From: Candidatus Levybacteria bacterium CG2_30_37_29
Lineage (GTDB): Bacteria; Patescibacteriota; Microgenomatia; Levybacterales; GWA1-39-11
Assembly: GCA_001873215.1 (NCBI GenBank)
Contig: MNYS01000009.1
Location: forward strand, 67,654-131,653
Direction of reading: 5' to 3'
Length of the DNA: 64,000 nucleotides
Shown in pieces: positions 9,194-18,968 of this stretch. A model generated the notes under the pieces. It worked only from the letters and a program-made list of their open reading frames with translations, ran no database searches and was not told where the DNA came from. Each line of letters starts with the position of its first letter. Position 1 is the first letter of the stretch. The position numbers and the translations under genes are program-made.

Positions 9194-11059
9194 ATGAGAA
9201 GAAAAACATTTCAGAAAATAAGAATAATTGCCGGCAATAAAAAGAAAACTAGATCTTTAGGTGCTTTTTCTTGTAATAAAAAAATCTATCTGTTTTTTCA
9301 GTTGTCTTCCGATTCACATTTTCAATTTCACGTTGCAACTAGTGTAGATGGCTTTTCTTTCGAGCTTGAAGAACATGATTGTTGCATAGAAAAAGGCGAA
9401 GTAACAAAAGAAGATATTACATTATGTTCCGACTTTAGCATTTTGGAACATGCAGGGCATTTTTTGCTGATGTATGTTCGAAAAGAAAATAAAAAATCGG
9501 TTATTGAAAAAGCTTGGTCCAAAGACTTATTTTCCTGGTCGTATGAAGGAAACATGATTTCTCTTAATCAGAAAGGGATTATTGTGCCAAGCTATGAATA
9601 TAAAAGAAAAAGCGTTCTGTATTCTTCAAATGTATCAATTTTTGCTTACTTTTCAAAGGATTTGATTCATTGGGAAAAAGAAGAAAAAAAACTATTGACC
9701 CCAAGAGATAATTTTTTTGATTCCGGAGAACTTATTGTAGAGCGTGTATTAAATTCCGAGAAAGGAATTTTACTTATATATAATTCAAAAGTTAAAGAAA
9801 CAGCCTTTACGGGGATGGCATTATTTGATAACGATGACCCTACTCGTCTTCTTTGGCAAAGCGCAGAGCCTATCTGGAGTCAGCCGCAAGAATGGAAAGG
9901 AAAAGAAGTACTCCTTGTTGGCTCAATCTTACATAATGGAAGCATTATCTCTTATTGGCAGGTGGAAAACGAAGGAATATATGCAGCAGCTTACGCGGTG
10001 TATAAAGTTTCTGACGGTCATACATCAAAAGATATTTCTTTGAGGCTTAAACGCGTAGGCAATAATCCGTTAATTTCTCCAAACAGTAAAAATGTATGGG
10101 AGTCCTTCAATACATTTAATCCTGCCGCAACATATGACGGCGATAAAGTACATATTTTATATAGGGCGCAAGGTTATGATTATGTTTCGGCGCTTGGATA
10201 TGCAATGAGCCGGGACGGAATTCATATAGATGAGCGTTTGGAGCAGCCTGTTTATATTCCTTCGCAGTCATTTGAGAACATTAACACCACAAAAGTATTT
10301 CAGGTTTCCGCCCAGTATGTTTCTGGAGGTGGATATGGGGGATGTGAAGATCCCCGAATTACACGTATTGATAACCGGTATTATTTGACATACGTTGCGT
10401 TTGATGGAATAAATCCTCCAAGAATTGCGCTTACCTCAATCTCAGCTTACGATTTTTTAAACAGGCGATGGTTATGGGAGCGGCCGGTTTTAATTTCTCC
10501 TCCGGGCATTGTAGATAAGAGTGCCGTTATTTTTCCTGAAAAAATAAACGGAAAATATGTAATTATGCATAGAATTTATCCCGATATTTTAATAGATTTT
10601 GTTGACAACCTAAATTTTGACGGAACGTTTTGGCTCAAAGGTGAATATAAAATCTCTCCTAGGCCCGACAAATGGGACAGTCGTAAAATCGGCGCCGGCG
10701 CCCCTCCTCTTAAAACAAAATATGGCTGGTTGCTTATTTATCAGTCGGTTGGAGAGCAAGATCCAGGGAGATACAAAATCGGAGCAATGTTATTAGACCT
10801 TTTAGATCCGACAAAAGTTCTTTATCGCAGTCAATCTCCTATTCTAGAACCAGAAGAGACTTATGAAAACGACGGTTTTAAATCCGGCGTTATTTATCCT
10901 TGTGGCGCGGTTATTATTGATGATACGCTCTATGTATATTATGGTGGAGCGGATTCATATGTGTGTGTTGCAACTGCAAAGCTTGAAGACTTTTTGACTG
11001 AACTTCGATACTCAGAAGTAGCAAGGCTTACAAAGCCTATTGTGGAAAAAATACTTTAA
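9194..11059 (+). CDS. GH130-family glycoside phosphorylase/hydrolase (degenerate N domain, intact C domain)
   Basis: FNPAA, GCEDPRIT, KSAVIFPEKINGKY, VIYPCG, YYGGAD. Confidence 0.88.
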   Translation: MRRKTFQKIRIIAGNKKKTRSLGAFSCNKKIYLFFQLSSDSHFQFHVATSVDGFSFELEEHDCCIEKGEVTKEDITLCSDFSILEHAGHFLLMYVRKENKKSVIEKAWSKDLFSWSYEGNMISLNQKGIIVPSYEYKRKSVLYSSNVSIFAYFSKDLIHWEKEEKKLLTPRDNFFDSGELIVERVLNSEKGILLIYNSKVKETAFTGMALFDNDDPTRLLWQSAEPIWSQPQEWKGKEVLLVGSILHNGSIISYWQVENEGIYAAAYAVYKVSDGHTSKDISLRLKRVGNNPLISPNSKNVWESFNTFNPAATYDGDKVHILYRAQGYDYVSALGYAMSRDGIHIDERLEQPVYIPSQSFENINTTKVFQVSAQYVSGGGYGGCEDPRITRIDNRYYLTYVAFDGINPPRIALTSISAYDFLNRRWLWERPVLISPPGIVDKSAVIFPEKINGKYVIMHRIYPDILIDFVDNLNFDGTFWLKGEYKISPRPDKWDSRKIGAGAPPLKTKYGWLLIYQSVGEQDPGRYKIGAMLLDLLDPTKVLYRSQSPILEPEETYENDGFKSGVIYPCGAVIIDDTLYVYYGGADSYVCVATAKLEDFLTELRYSEVARLTKPIVEKIL

Positions 11060-11061
11060 CA

Positions 11062-13005
11062 ATGATTAATATTAAAAGAGATAGTCATAACCCAATTCTA
11101 AAACCTGATTCAAAAAGCCCCTGGGAGTCACAAGCAGTATTTAATGGAAGCGTTATAAAAGAAGACTTATACCATATGGTTTATAGAGCTCTCTCCGACA
11201 CGCAAAATTATGAAGGTAGGCAATTACAGCTTTCAACAATTGGATATGCCAAAAGCGCAGACGGTGTGATTTTTGACAACCGAAAGCAATTTATAAAACC
11301 GGAAATGGATTGGGAAAAATTCGGATGCGAAGATCCGCGAATCACAAAAATAGATGGAGAATATTTTGTTTTTTATACGGCATTATCCGATTATCCGTTT
11401 TATCCTGCGGCAATTAAAATCGGATTAGCGGTATTTTCTGATTTTACCAAACCTGTTGAAAAACATTTAGTGACACCATTTAACTCGAAGGCAATGACTC
11501 TTTTCCCTGAAAAAATAAACGGAAAGTACGCGGCTCTTATTACGGTTAATACTGATATTCCGCCCGCCCGTATATGCCTTGCTCTTTTTGACAAAAAAGA
11601 GGATATATGGTCTCAATCATATTGGAATAGATGGTATCAAAATCTGGCGGATCACATAATTCATTTACGGCGTATGAATTCCGATCAATTAGAGGTTGGC
11701 GCGACTCCTCTTCTTACGCAATATGGATGGCTTTTTATATATGCTCATATTCAACATTATAATAATTCTCAACATAAGATATTTGGAATAGAGGCGGTAT
11801 TGCTTGATTATGATAATCCGCAAAAAATTCTTGAAAGGATTGATTTTCCGATCATGATTCCTGAAAAGGAATATGAGGTAAAAGGTAACGTTCCAAATAT
11901 TGTTTTTCCTTCAGGGGCAACATTAGAAAATGATACCGTTTCACTCTATTACGGAGCTTCAGATTCGGTTTGTTGTCTTGCAACATTTTCGTTAAAAGAA
12001 CTTTTAAAAGAAATGCGGACAGATTCTTCTGTTGCAGTGAAAGCACAAAAACCTTTAGACACTCCGCTTTTTTTGCCTCTTCAATCTCATGAATGGGAAT
12101 CTAAAGCGGTATTAAATCCGGCAGCTTTCTACAATAAAGATACGATTTATTTGGTATATCGAGCTGTATCTTCAGACAACACCTCTGTTTTTGGATATGC
12201 TAGAAGCTTGGATGGAGTTTCGGTAGTTGGGCGGCGCGAAATGCCAATCTATGTTCCGCGAGCAGAATTTGAAATTAAAAAAAATCCCGGTGGAAATTCA
12301 GGGTGTGAAGATCCGCGAATTACGCAAATAGAAGACAGGCTTTATATGTGTTATACGGCCTATGACGGAGTCAATCCTCCCCGTGTAGCATTAACATCAA
12401 TTGCTGTTACGGATTTTCTCAACACTAATTTTAATTGGGTAGATCCTATTCTTATATCTCCACCCGGAATTGACGATAAAGACGCCGCTATTTTCCCCGA
12501 AAAAATAAAAGGGAAATATGTAATTATTCATAGAATACAAAATTCAATAGTGCTGGATTATGTTGAAAACCTAAATTTTACAGGGAAAAATTGGCTCAGA
12601 AGTATTTCGTATATTCCGCCACGCGGAGATTCATGGGACAGTGAAAAAATAGGCCTTTGTACTCCTCCTTTGAAAACAGCGGAAGGCTGGATACTTCTTT
12701 ACCACGGAGTTAGCAAGATAAGCCACGAATATCGTGTAGGAGCAATGCTTCTTGATTTAGAAGATCCGAGCAATGTTATTTCAAGAGCTCCATGGCCGAT
12801 TCTTGAGCCGGAATTACCGTTTGAGCGGGAAGGTATTGTTAAAAACGTTGTGTTTCCGTGCGGTGCGGTAGTAAAAGATGATACGCTTTTTATTTATTAC
12901 GGAGGGGCGGATAAGGTTGTATGTGTGGCAACAATTAAGCTTTCTTTATTATTAAATTATTTGCTTAGAGTGAAAAACAATAAGTTTTTATTGAGTTTAA
13001 AATAA
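11062..13005 (+). CDS. GH130-family protein with two intact GH130 domains
   Basis: Two copies each of FN/LN-x-x, GCEDPRIT, FPEKI-x-GKY, VFP-x-G and YYG-x-x-D. Confidence 0.9.
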   Translation: MINIKRDSHNPILKPDSKSPWESQAVFNGSVIKEDLYHMVYRALSDTQNYEGRQLQLSTIGYAKSADGVIFDNRKQFIKPEMDWEKFGCEDPRITKIDGEYFVFYTALSDYPFYPAAIKIGLAVFSDFTKPVEKHLVTPFNSKAMTLFPEKINGKYAALITVNTDIPPARICLALFDKKEDIWSQSYWNRWYQNLADHIIHLRRMNSDQLEVGATPLLTQYGWLFIYAHIQHYNNSQHKIFGIEAVLLDYDNPQKILERIDFPIMIPEKEYEVKGNVPNIVFPSGATLENDTVSLYYGASDSVCCLATFSLKELLKEMRTDSSVAVKAQKPLDTPLFLPLQSHEWESKAVLNPAAFYNKDTIYLVYRAVSSDNTSVFGYARSLDGVSVVGRREMPIYVPRAEFEIKKNPGGNSGCEDPRITQIEDRLYMCYTAYDGVNPPRVALTSIAVTDFLNTNFNWVDPILISPPGIDDKDAAIFPEKIKGKYVIIHRIQNSIVLDYVENLNFTGKNWLRSISYIPPRGDSWDSEKIGLCTPPLKTAEGWILLYHGVSKISHEYRVGAMLLDLEDPSNVISRAPWPILEPELPFEREGIVKNVVFPCGAVVKDDTLFIYYGGADKVVCVATIKLSLLLNYLLRVKNNKFLLSLK

Positions 13006-13084
13006 AAATTAAATCCCCAAAACAATCAAATATTGGCGCGGTTTGAGTAAATTCAGAAAAAGTGATATAGTTCCCCCGTAAAAC

Positions 13085-13436
13085 ACAAATGAAACAGAAA
13101 GGATTCATAAGAACGGGAAATTAATAGATGTTTCCTTTACAATTTCCTCTATTAAAACAAAGCGCGGTAAGCTTTTGGGTTTTCAACAATAACACGGGAT
13201 ATCACAAAGAAAAAAATAGTTGAAGTTTATTTTAGGGACGAAGGGGAAAGAATCCCAAAAGAAAAAAGGAAATCTATATTCAAAAGATTTTATCAGCTAA
13301 TAACCCATTCAGAGAAGGGTTTTGGGCTTGGGCTTTATATCTCAGAGGAAATAATTAAAAGCCATAAAGGAAAGATTTGGGTTGATTCTACGGTGGGCAA
13401 AGGGAGCACCTTTTATTTTACCCTCCATACTTGTTA
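13085..13436 (+). pseudogene. Remnant of a PAS/PAC-sensor histidine kinase
   Basis: Manual translation ETERIHKNGKLIDVSFTISPIKTKRGKLLGF / frameshift / [69 protein letters not shown]; HisKA region deleted; no start. Confidence 0.8.
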
Positions 13437-13464
13437 AAAAATTTTTATTGCCGTAATAATGTTG

Positions 13465-13662
13465 TTAGGCAAGTTTTACATTTTTTGCGCTTGGGCCTTT
13501 TTCTCCATCCACAACGTCAAATGTAACTGCTGCTCCAACCTGAAGCTCATCAAAAGTCACGCCGACCAAATCTGTAGAGTGAAAGAAAAGATCTTTTGTT
13601 TCTCCGTCACGAGAAATAAATCCAAATCCTCTATCTGTTTTTGTCTTAATTGTTCCGTTCAT
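13465..13662 (-). CDS. cspA: Cold-shock domain protein
   Basis: RGFGFI, DLFFH, GEKGPSAKNV; strong AAAGGAGGT SD. Confidence 0.93.
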   Translation of the reverse strand: MNGTIKTKTDRGFGFISRDGETKDLFFHSTDLVGVTFDELQVGAAVTFDVVDGEKGPSAKNVKLA

Positions 13663-13777
13663 GTAAATCCACCTCCTTTCACTATTTATACTATAACATT
13701 TTATAGGAAAATTATCGAATTACGATAGAGTGTGTCGATATATTATTATGTTTGCGAGTTAAACACGAGGAATAGTT

Positions 13778-13900
13778 TTATTTGCGGTGTTTTTTTGCTT
13801 TTTTTGCGGCAAGCATTGCGTGTTTTATCGCAAGACGTTTTTTGGTCTTATGTGAATGAGTTCTCTGTTTTTTTCCAACTCCCGTAGCTCTTTTTGCCAT
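13778..13900 (-). CDS. 40-aa highly basic small protein (not in the ORF track)
   Basis: MAKRATGVGKKQRTHSHKTKKRLAIKHAMLAAKKAKKHRK*; TATAAT exactly 6 nt before the ATG. Confidence 0.7.
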   Translation of the reverse strand: MAKRATGVGKKQRTHSHKTKKRLAIKHAMLAAKKAKKHRK

Positions 13901-14052
13901 AAGCTTATTATATTCCTCTCGTGAAAGGAATACCAGAGTCTATTATGAAAATGTGATACATTTTAAGTAATGAAGAAAATCTAGATTATTAGTTTTGCCT
14001 CTACTTCGCAGAGATAAGAGACCAGCCCCACCAGTAACTAAGATTTTAATTG

Positions 14053-14298
14053 TTATTTTTTGATTTTTTTGAAGATTAGCATTATTAAATAAAATATTCC
14101 GTACCAAATGATTAAATCTAAAATTATTATTACGATTGGCTCTAACGGAGAAATACTATAATCCGAGGTTGTAAACCATATAGGAAATCCAGAATAATGT
14201 TCGCACCACATAGGATCTACGCAACTACTTCTCCTAAATAAAAATGTCAAAAACGTGACAACGACAGCTGGAATAATTAGATAAAGTTTTTGCTTCAT
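14053..14298 (-). CDS. Small membrane protein (2 TM, C..C..GFP loop)
   Basis: Two hydrophobic segments; TATAAT 6 nt before the ATG. Confidence 0.7.
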   Translation of the reverse strand: MKQKLYLIIPAVVVTFLTFLFRRSSCVDPMWCEHYSGFPIWFTTSDYSISPLEPIVIIILDLIIWYGIFYLIMLIFKKIKK

Positions 14299-14351
14299 AT
14301 TGTGATTATACCAAATGAGCTACTGTTTTATTTTTTTCCACCCTACAACTA

Positions 14352-14645
14352 AAGGAAGCGCGAAGGTCAAAGCAAGATGGCTTACAAAAGAAGATGGGAA
14401 AGCTTCAGATTGCCGATGAGGAATACTATATAAGCTCAGAATACTTACTAAACCTTGCTAAAAGAGCGTCAGAATTATTTGAATGTTCTGAACCGATTGA
14501 AAAAAGGCAACTTTTGAAGTTTACACTTCAGAACTTACGGGTTGATGGCAGTTTAGTGCGATATGACGAGCTAAAACCATTTGACACTATCCGTCTTTAT
14601 GCTTCTCGTCAAGCTTGGCTCCCCCGTGAGGATTTCCGCCAGTAG
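14352..14645 (+). pseudogene. C-terminal remnant of a tRNA-targeting large serine recombinase
   Basis: ADEEYYI..LL.LA.RA.ELF..SE..EKRQLLKF.LQNL..DG..KPFD...WLP tail resembles recombinases that read into a tRNA 3' end; no catalytic N-terminus. Confidence 0.65.
14616..14634 (-). repeat. tRNA 3'-end-like fragment (att-site remnant)
   Basis: Minus strand AATCCTCACGGGGGAGCCA resembles a T-arm/acceptor/CCA end; 50 bp from tRNA-Asn. Confidence 0.55.
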
Positions 14646-14685
14646 GCGGATAAACTCCCCTAAAGTTTGCGCTTTAAAGACTAAG

Positions 14686-14757
14686 CTCCGCGGGTAGGAT
14701 TCGAACCTACGACCAGTCGCTTAACAGGCGAACGCTCTACCACTGAGCTACCGCGGA
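14686..14757 (-). tRNA. tRNA-Asn(GTT), CCA not encoded
   Basis: TCCGCGG acceptor stem, GCTC/GAGC D-arm, CT-GTT-AA loop, GGTTCGAATCC T-arm. Confidence 0.95.
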
Positions 14758-14869
14758 GTTTAGCCCTCAATAATATGTTTTCTTACAAACGCTATTCCCA
14801 ATTTGGAATTCAGAACTAGTGAGATATTTTAACTTTTTTGAGGCAAGTTTACAAGATGGGGCTGAAAAT

Positions 14870-15883
14870 TTAAGCTGTCAAAATCGTTCCCAAAGCATCT
14901 GATAGCTTTTGAGGATCATGCCTTACTATTTTATATCCGTTTTCTGCCTCAACAACTTTTGTAGCGCGATGTGTAATGATTCTAATTCCCTTATCTTGTG
15001 CTTTGTATAATTCTTGTGAATTCCAGCCTAAAAAATGAGAATGTTCTTGGTTGTACAATGCGGATACATCAGGATACTTTGACTCAAAACTTTCCCTGCT
15101 TATTTCCGGAACAATTAATCCGTCAGGTTTTTTTCCGGAATATTTTTCAACAATCTCAGCAAATTGTACTGGAGTTAAATTGTGGGTTTCATTTCTTGCA
15201 CTAACAAGATTTGTAACCAAAAAAAGTTTTGTTTTTGACCGCGCAAGCGCTTCTTTCATGCCGTTGGGTAAAAAATTAGAAAGCACGGATCCATGAAGAC
15301 TTCCACAGGAGAGAATAGTAACTTGAGCGTTTGCGATTGCGTCAGCAGCAGGAGTATAAGCGTCAACTGACGGATCAAGATACATATTAATTACAATGTC
15401 CTCTGACATCCTGTGCTCATCCAGTAAATGTTCTCCTAAAAAATTTCTTCCTGACGTCGTAGTAAAGGCGATGTTGGTTGGTTTTGTCGAGGAGGGAAAA
15501 ACATGTCCCTGAAGATCTATTCCAAGATTTTCAATTATTTCTTCAATTTGAGAAAAGCCTTTAATCGGATCAAAAAACCTGCTAAAAATATCTTGTCCCA
15601 AAACTCTATCTCGTGAGTCACGATGATTGAATAGCTCCAAAAGGGCTTGGTAATTTTTTGCAGCTCTCTTATCAGGCGAAACAAGAGAAAATAAATTGCG
15701 CATCGCATCGCTATAGGCAATTTCTCTTCCGAAAGAATCAAGTCTTCGTCTGCCCGTTGCTCCTCCGGAATCAAATACCGCCGCTACAGCATTAATTTTG
15801 TCAACTTTTTGTGTTAGCAGAAGTGCTTCGTTAATAACCGGGGACCCGTTTCCCCCACCGACAGTTACAATTTCTTTTGACAT
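14870..15883 (-). CDS. CofD/YvcK (UPF0052)-family protein
   Basis: VTVGGGNG, VFDSGGATG, GSLHGSVLSN. Confidence 0.82.
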   Translation of the reverse strand: MSKEIVTVGGGNGSPVINEALLLTQKVDKINAVAAVFDSGGATGRRRLDSFGREIAYSDAMRNLFSLVSPDKRAAKNYQALLELFNHRDSRDRVLGQDIFSRFFDPIKGFSQIEEIIENLGIDLQGHVFPSSTKPTNIAFTTTSGRNFLGEHLLDEHRMSEDIVINMYLDPSVDAYTPAADAIANAQVTILSCGSLHGSVLSNFLPNGMKEALARSKTKLFLVTNLVSARNETHNLTPVQFAEIVEKYSGKKPDGLIVPEISRESFESKYPDVSALYNQEHSHFLGWNSQELYKAQDKGIRIITHRATKVVEAENGYKIVRHDPQKLSDALGTILTA

Positions 15884-15937
15884 ATAAAGATAGGAAAGAA
15901 TTATAGCACTTAGAAGGATTAAACAACAGCGATTTTT

Positions 15938-17035
15938 CTATTCAAGATAATCCCTCAGCTTATTCCCGCGAGATGGGTGGCGGAGTTTTCTTAGAGCCTT
16001 TGCTTCGATTTGCCTTATTCGCTCACGGGTAACTGCGAACATTCTTCCAACCTCTTCAAGAGTCTTTGGTTTTCCATCTCTTAATCCAAATCTTTCTTCA
16101 AGCACTCTTCTTTCTCTATCAGATAAAGTTCCAAGTACTTGTCCCAGCTGTTCTTTGAGAAGTCCGCGGGACGCGGTATCAAAAAGAGTTGGCGCCGTAA
16201 TGTCATAAACAAAATCCCCAAGATAACTATCCTCTTCATCTCCAACGGGCGTATCAAGGCTTGCAGGCTGTTGTGAAATTTTTATAATTTCCCGCGCTTT
16301 ATCAGGGTCAATTTCTAAAATTTCCGCAATTTCTTCAGGTGTTGGTTGGCGTCCAAGTTCTTGCATAAGCTTTCTTTGAACTCTCATAAAGCGGTTAATA
16401 TTCTCAACCATATGTACGGGAATTCTAATTGTTCTTGCTTGGTCTGCGATTGCGCGTGTTATGGCTTGTCTTATCCACCAAGTTGCATAAGTTGAAAATT
16501 TAAACCCTTTTTTCCAGTCATACTTCTCAACTGCGCGGATCAAGCCCTGGTTTCCTTCCTGAATTAAATCAAGCAAAGTCATTCCTCTCCCGACATATTT
16601 TTTTGCAATTGAGACAACAAGACGGAGATTTGATTCAACAAGTTTTTTTCGTGCCGCAAGATCTCCTTTTTCTATTGCTTTTGCAAGGTTTACTTCTTCT
16701 TCAAAAGTTAAAAGAGGGATTCGTCCAATCTCCTTTAAATACATGCGAACAGGGTCAGTTACTGCTCCACCCTGAATAATATTTAACGCCTCAAGTTCTT
16801 TTTCAAGATCCTCAATTGATTTTTGGGAGTCTTTTTCTTCTTCAACTGTTTCGAAAATATCTATGTTTTTTTTAAGAAGCTGTGCGTAAAGAAAATCAAG
16901 TTCTGCTATATGTTCTTCGGGTTTTAAGAAAGTGTTGAGGATTTCTTCTTGGGAAATATATCCCCTTTTTTTTGCAATTGAGAGTAGTTCTTCAACCCTG
17001 TGTGTTTTGAGGTTTGCGTTTGCGCCGGCCTTCAT
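15938..17035 (-). CDS. rpoD: RNA polymerase primary sigma factor
   Basis: [50 protein letters not shown]. Confidence 0.98.
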   Translation of the reverse strand: MKAGANANLKTHRVEELLSIAKKRGYISQEEILNTFLKPEEHIAELDFLYAQLLKKNIDIFETVEEEKDSQKSIEDLEKELEALNIIQGGAVTDPVRMYLKEIGRIPLLTFEEEVNLAKAIEKGDLAARKKLVESNLRLVVSIAKKYVGRGMTLLDLIQEGNQGLIRAVEKYDWKKGFKFSTYATWWIRQAITRAIADQARTIRIPVHMVENINRFMRVQRKLMQELGRQPTPEEIAEILEIDPDKAREIIKISQQPASLDTPVGDEEDSYLGDFVYDITAPTLFDTASRGLLKEQLGQVLGTLSDRERRVLEERFGLRDGKPKTLEEVGRMFAVTRERIRQIEAKALRKLRHPSRGNKLRDYLE

Positions 17036-17095
17036 ACTTGTATATTGTACCGTATTTGAGGCTTGCTGGCAAGCCTATATAATAATTGCTAATAT

Positions 17096-18853
17096 TTATG
17101 ACGAAGATAATTTTTCAGCAAGCGACTTAAATTCCTCCCGAAGGCGTGATACGTTTTCCTCCTGACCGTTTTTTTCCTCGTTTTTTACTTCCTCTGTAAG
17201 GTTTTTCAGACGCGACTTAATAGCAAGACTTCGTACCTCAGAAAGCGTTTTATCAAACTCTATGCTTATTCCTGCATCTTCTGAAAATGACGGAATAGGC
17301 GCAAGAAAACATGTATCACTTGCAGGAACAAGTTCTGCAGGAAGAGTTTTTGTAAAAGCTTCAATGGAAAATTCGCTTGAGGAATCAGAACAGGAAACAA
17401 GATGGGAAAATAATTGTGAATAAGAAAGGGTTGTAAGAGGAATGTCCAAAAGCGCGATTTCTGCTTTTTTTATCAAATCTCGTGGATTTTTTGATTGAAG
17501 AATAATTGAAATAAGGTATCCTTCCAGTACTTCCTGCCGGGGTAATTTTTTTGCGGTTTCGTCTGCATCCTCTTTTTCTTGCGGTTTTTTGATCTTTTCA
17601 ACTTCTCTTAAAATTGCGTCAAGGGAAGCGTCAAGTACTCCTGCAAGCTTTTTAAGATAATGCTCTTTTAACACCTCATTTTCTATGCCCCACAAAAAAG
17701 GAAGTGTTTTTTCAAGAATTTTTTTCTTTCCCTCCGCGCTTTTTGAATCGAATTGCCCAAATGCCGAGTCAATAATAAAATCATAAATGTTAGTGTCATT
17801 CTTAACCGCCTTTTTAAAAGCAATAGGATTTTCCCGCAAAATTTCATCCGGGTCTTTTCCTTCAGGCGGAACAACAACCGTTGCCCCAACACCTTCTTTT
17901 TCAATTAATTCAATTGACCTTCTTTGCGCTTCTGTTCCGGCCGGGTCGGTGTCAAAACAAAATACGAGCTTTTGCGTAAATCTTTTTAAAAGTTTTATTT
18001 GGTTTTCGGTAAGGGATGTTCCTTTGACCGCAACGATATTTGAAATTCCCTCTTTGTGTGCGGTAATTACATCAAACTCTCCTTCAACAACAATAACTTT
18101 CCCCTCTTTTTTTATTGCATCACGCGCTTGTGGAAGACCAAACACAGTGTCGCCTTTTATGTAAACAAGTGTTTCGCGGGTATTAACGTATTTTGGGAGG
18201 GCGGCGTCAAGTACTCGTCCTGAAAACGCAATTATATTTGAGCGGGCATCTTGGATTGGAAAAATAATCCTCTCGTAAAAAAAATCAATAAGCCTCCCGC
18301 CTCTTCTGAAAGCAAGTCCTGCCTTTTCAATATCTTCTTCTTTGTATTTTTTCTTTTTTACCAAATATTCTGAAAGCGAACTTTTTGAAGGCGCGTACCC
18401 AATCATAAAAGTATTTATAAGGGCAAGGGGAATTTTTCTCTCTTGCGTAAGATATAAAAGAGCTTTTTTTCCGACAGGGTGTTTTGTGAGTAAAAAGTTA
18501 TAAAATTGGGCGGCAAGATTATTTGCCGAGTAAATAGTTTCTTTTACATTTTCGCGTTCTGTTCTGAATGCGCTTTGGGTAAGTTCTATTCCTGCTTTTT
18601 GGGCAAGAAGTTTTAGTGTCTGCCCAAACTCAAGGTGTTCATATTCTTGAACAAAAGTAAAAATATCCCCGCCCTTTGCGCATCCAAAACAATGCCAAAT
18701 TTGGCGCTCCGGTGAAACAGTGAAAGAAGGGGATTTTTCAGAATGGAAAGGACAAACTGCCTTGAAATTTCGTCCGCCCTTTTTTAGAGGAATAAATTCC
18801 CCGATAACATCAACAATATCAAGTTTTTGTTTGACTTTTTCAACATCATCCAT
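17096..18853 (-). CDS. dnaG: DNA primase
   Basis: CPFHSEKSPSF zinc finger, VVEGEFDV, FDTDPAG, KDPDE. Confidence 0.98.
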   Translation of the reverse strand: MDDVEKVKQKLDIVDVIGEFIPLKKGGRNFKAVCPFHSEKSPSFTVSPERQIWHCFGCAKGGDIFTFVQEYEHLEFGQTLKLLAQKAGIELTQSAFRTERENVKETIYSANNLAAQFYNFLLTKHPVGKKALLYLTQERKIPLALINTFMIGYAPSKSSLSEYLVKKKKYKEEDIEKAGLAFRRGGRLIDFFYERIIFPIQDARSNIIAFSGRVLDAALPKYVNTRETLVYIKGDTVFGLPQARDAIKKEGKVIVVEGEFDVITAHKEGISNIVAVKGTSLTENQIKLLKRFTQKLVFCFDTDPAGTEAQRRSIELIEKEGVGATVVVPPEGKDPDEILRENPIAFKKAVKNDTNIYDFIIDSAFGQFDSKSAEGKKKILEKTLPFLWGIENEVLKEHYLKKLAGVLDASLDAILREVEKIKKPQEKEDADETAKKLPRQEVLEGYLISIILQSKNPRDLIKKAEIALLDIPLTTLSYSQLFSHLVSCSDSSSEFSIEAFTKTLPAELVPASDTCFLAPIPSFSEDAGISIEFDKTLSEVRSLAIKSRLKNLTEEVKNEEKNGQEENVSRLREEFKSLAEKLSSS

Positions 18854-18859
18854 AAGTTA

Positions 18860-18962
18860 GGTAATAGGTATTAGTTAATAGGTAATAGTTTGATTCTTGA
18901 AGTATTATACATCACCCCACAAAACCTGAATACTTGATACTTTCTACATAATACTTAATACT
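18860..18962. repeat. Two inverted heptamer tandem arrays in the dnaG/comM divergent spacer
   Basis: GGTAATA-GGTATTA-GTTAATA-GGTAATA (18860-18887) and GAATACT-TGATACT-TTCTACA-TAATACT-TAATACT (18928-18962). Confidence 0.7.
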
Positions 18963-18968
18963 AGAATA

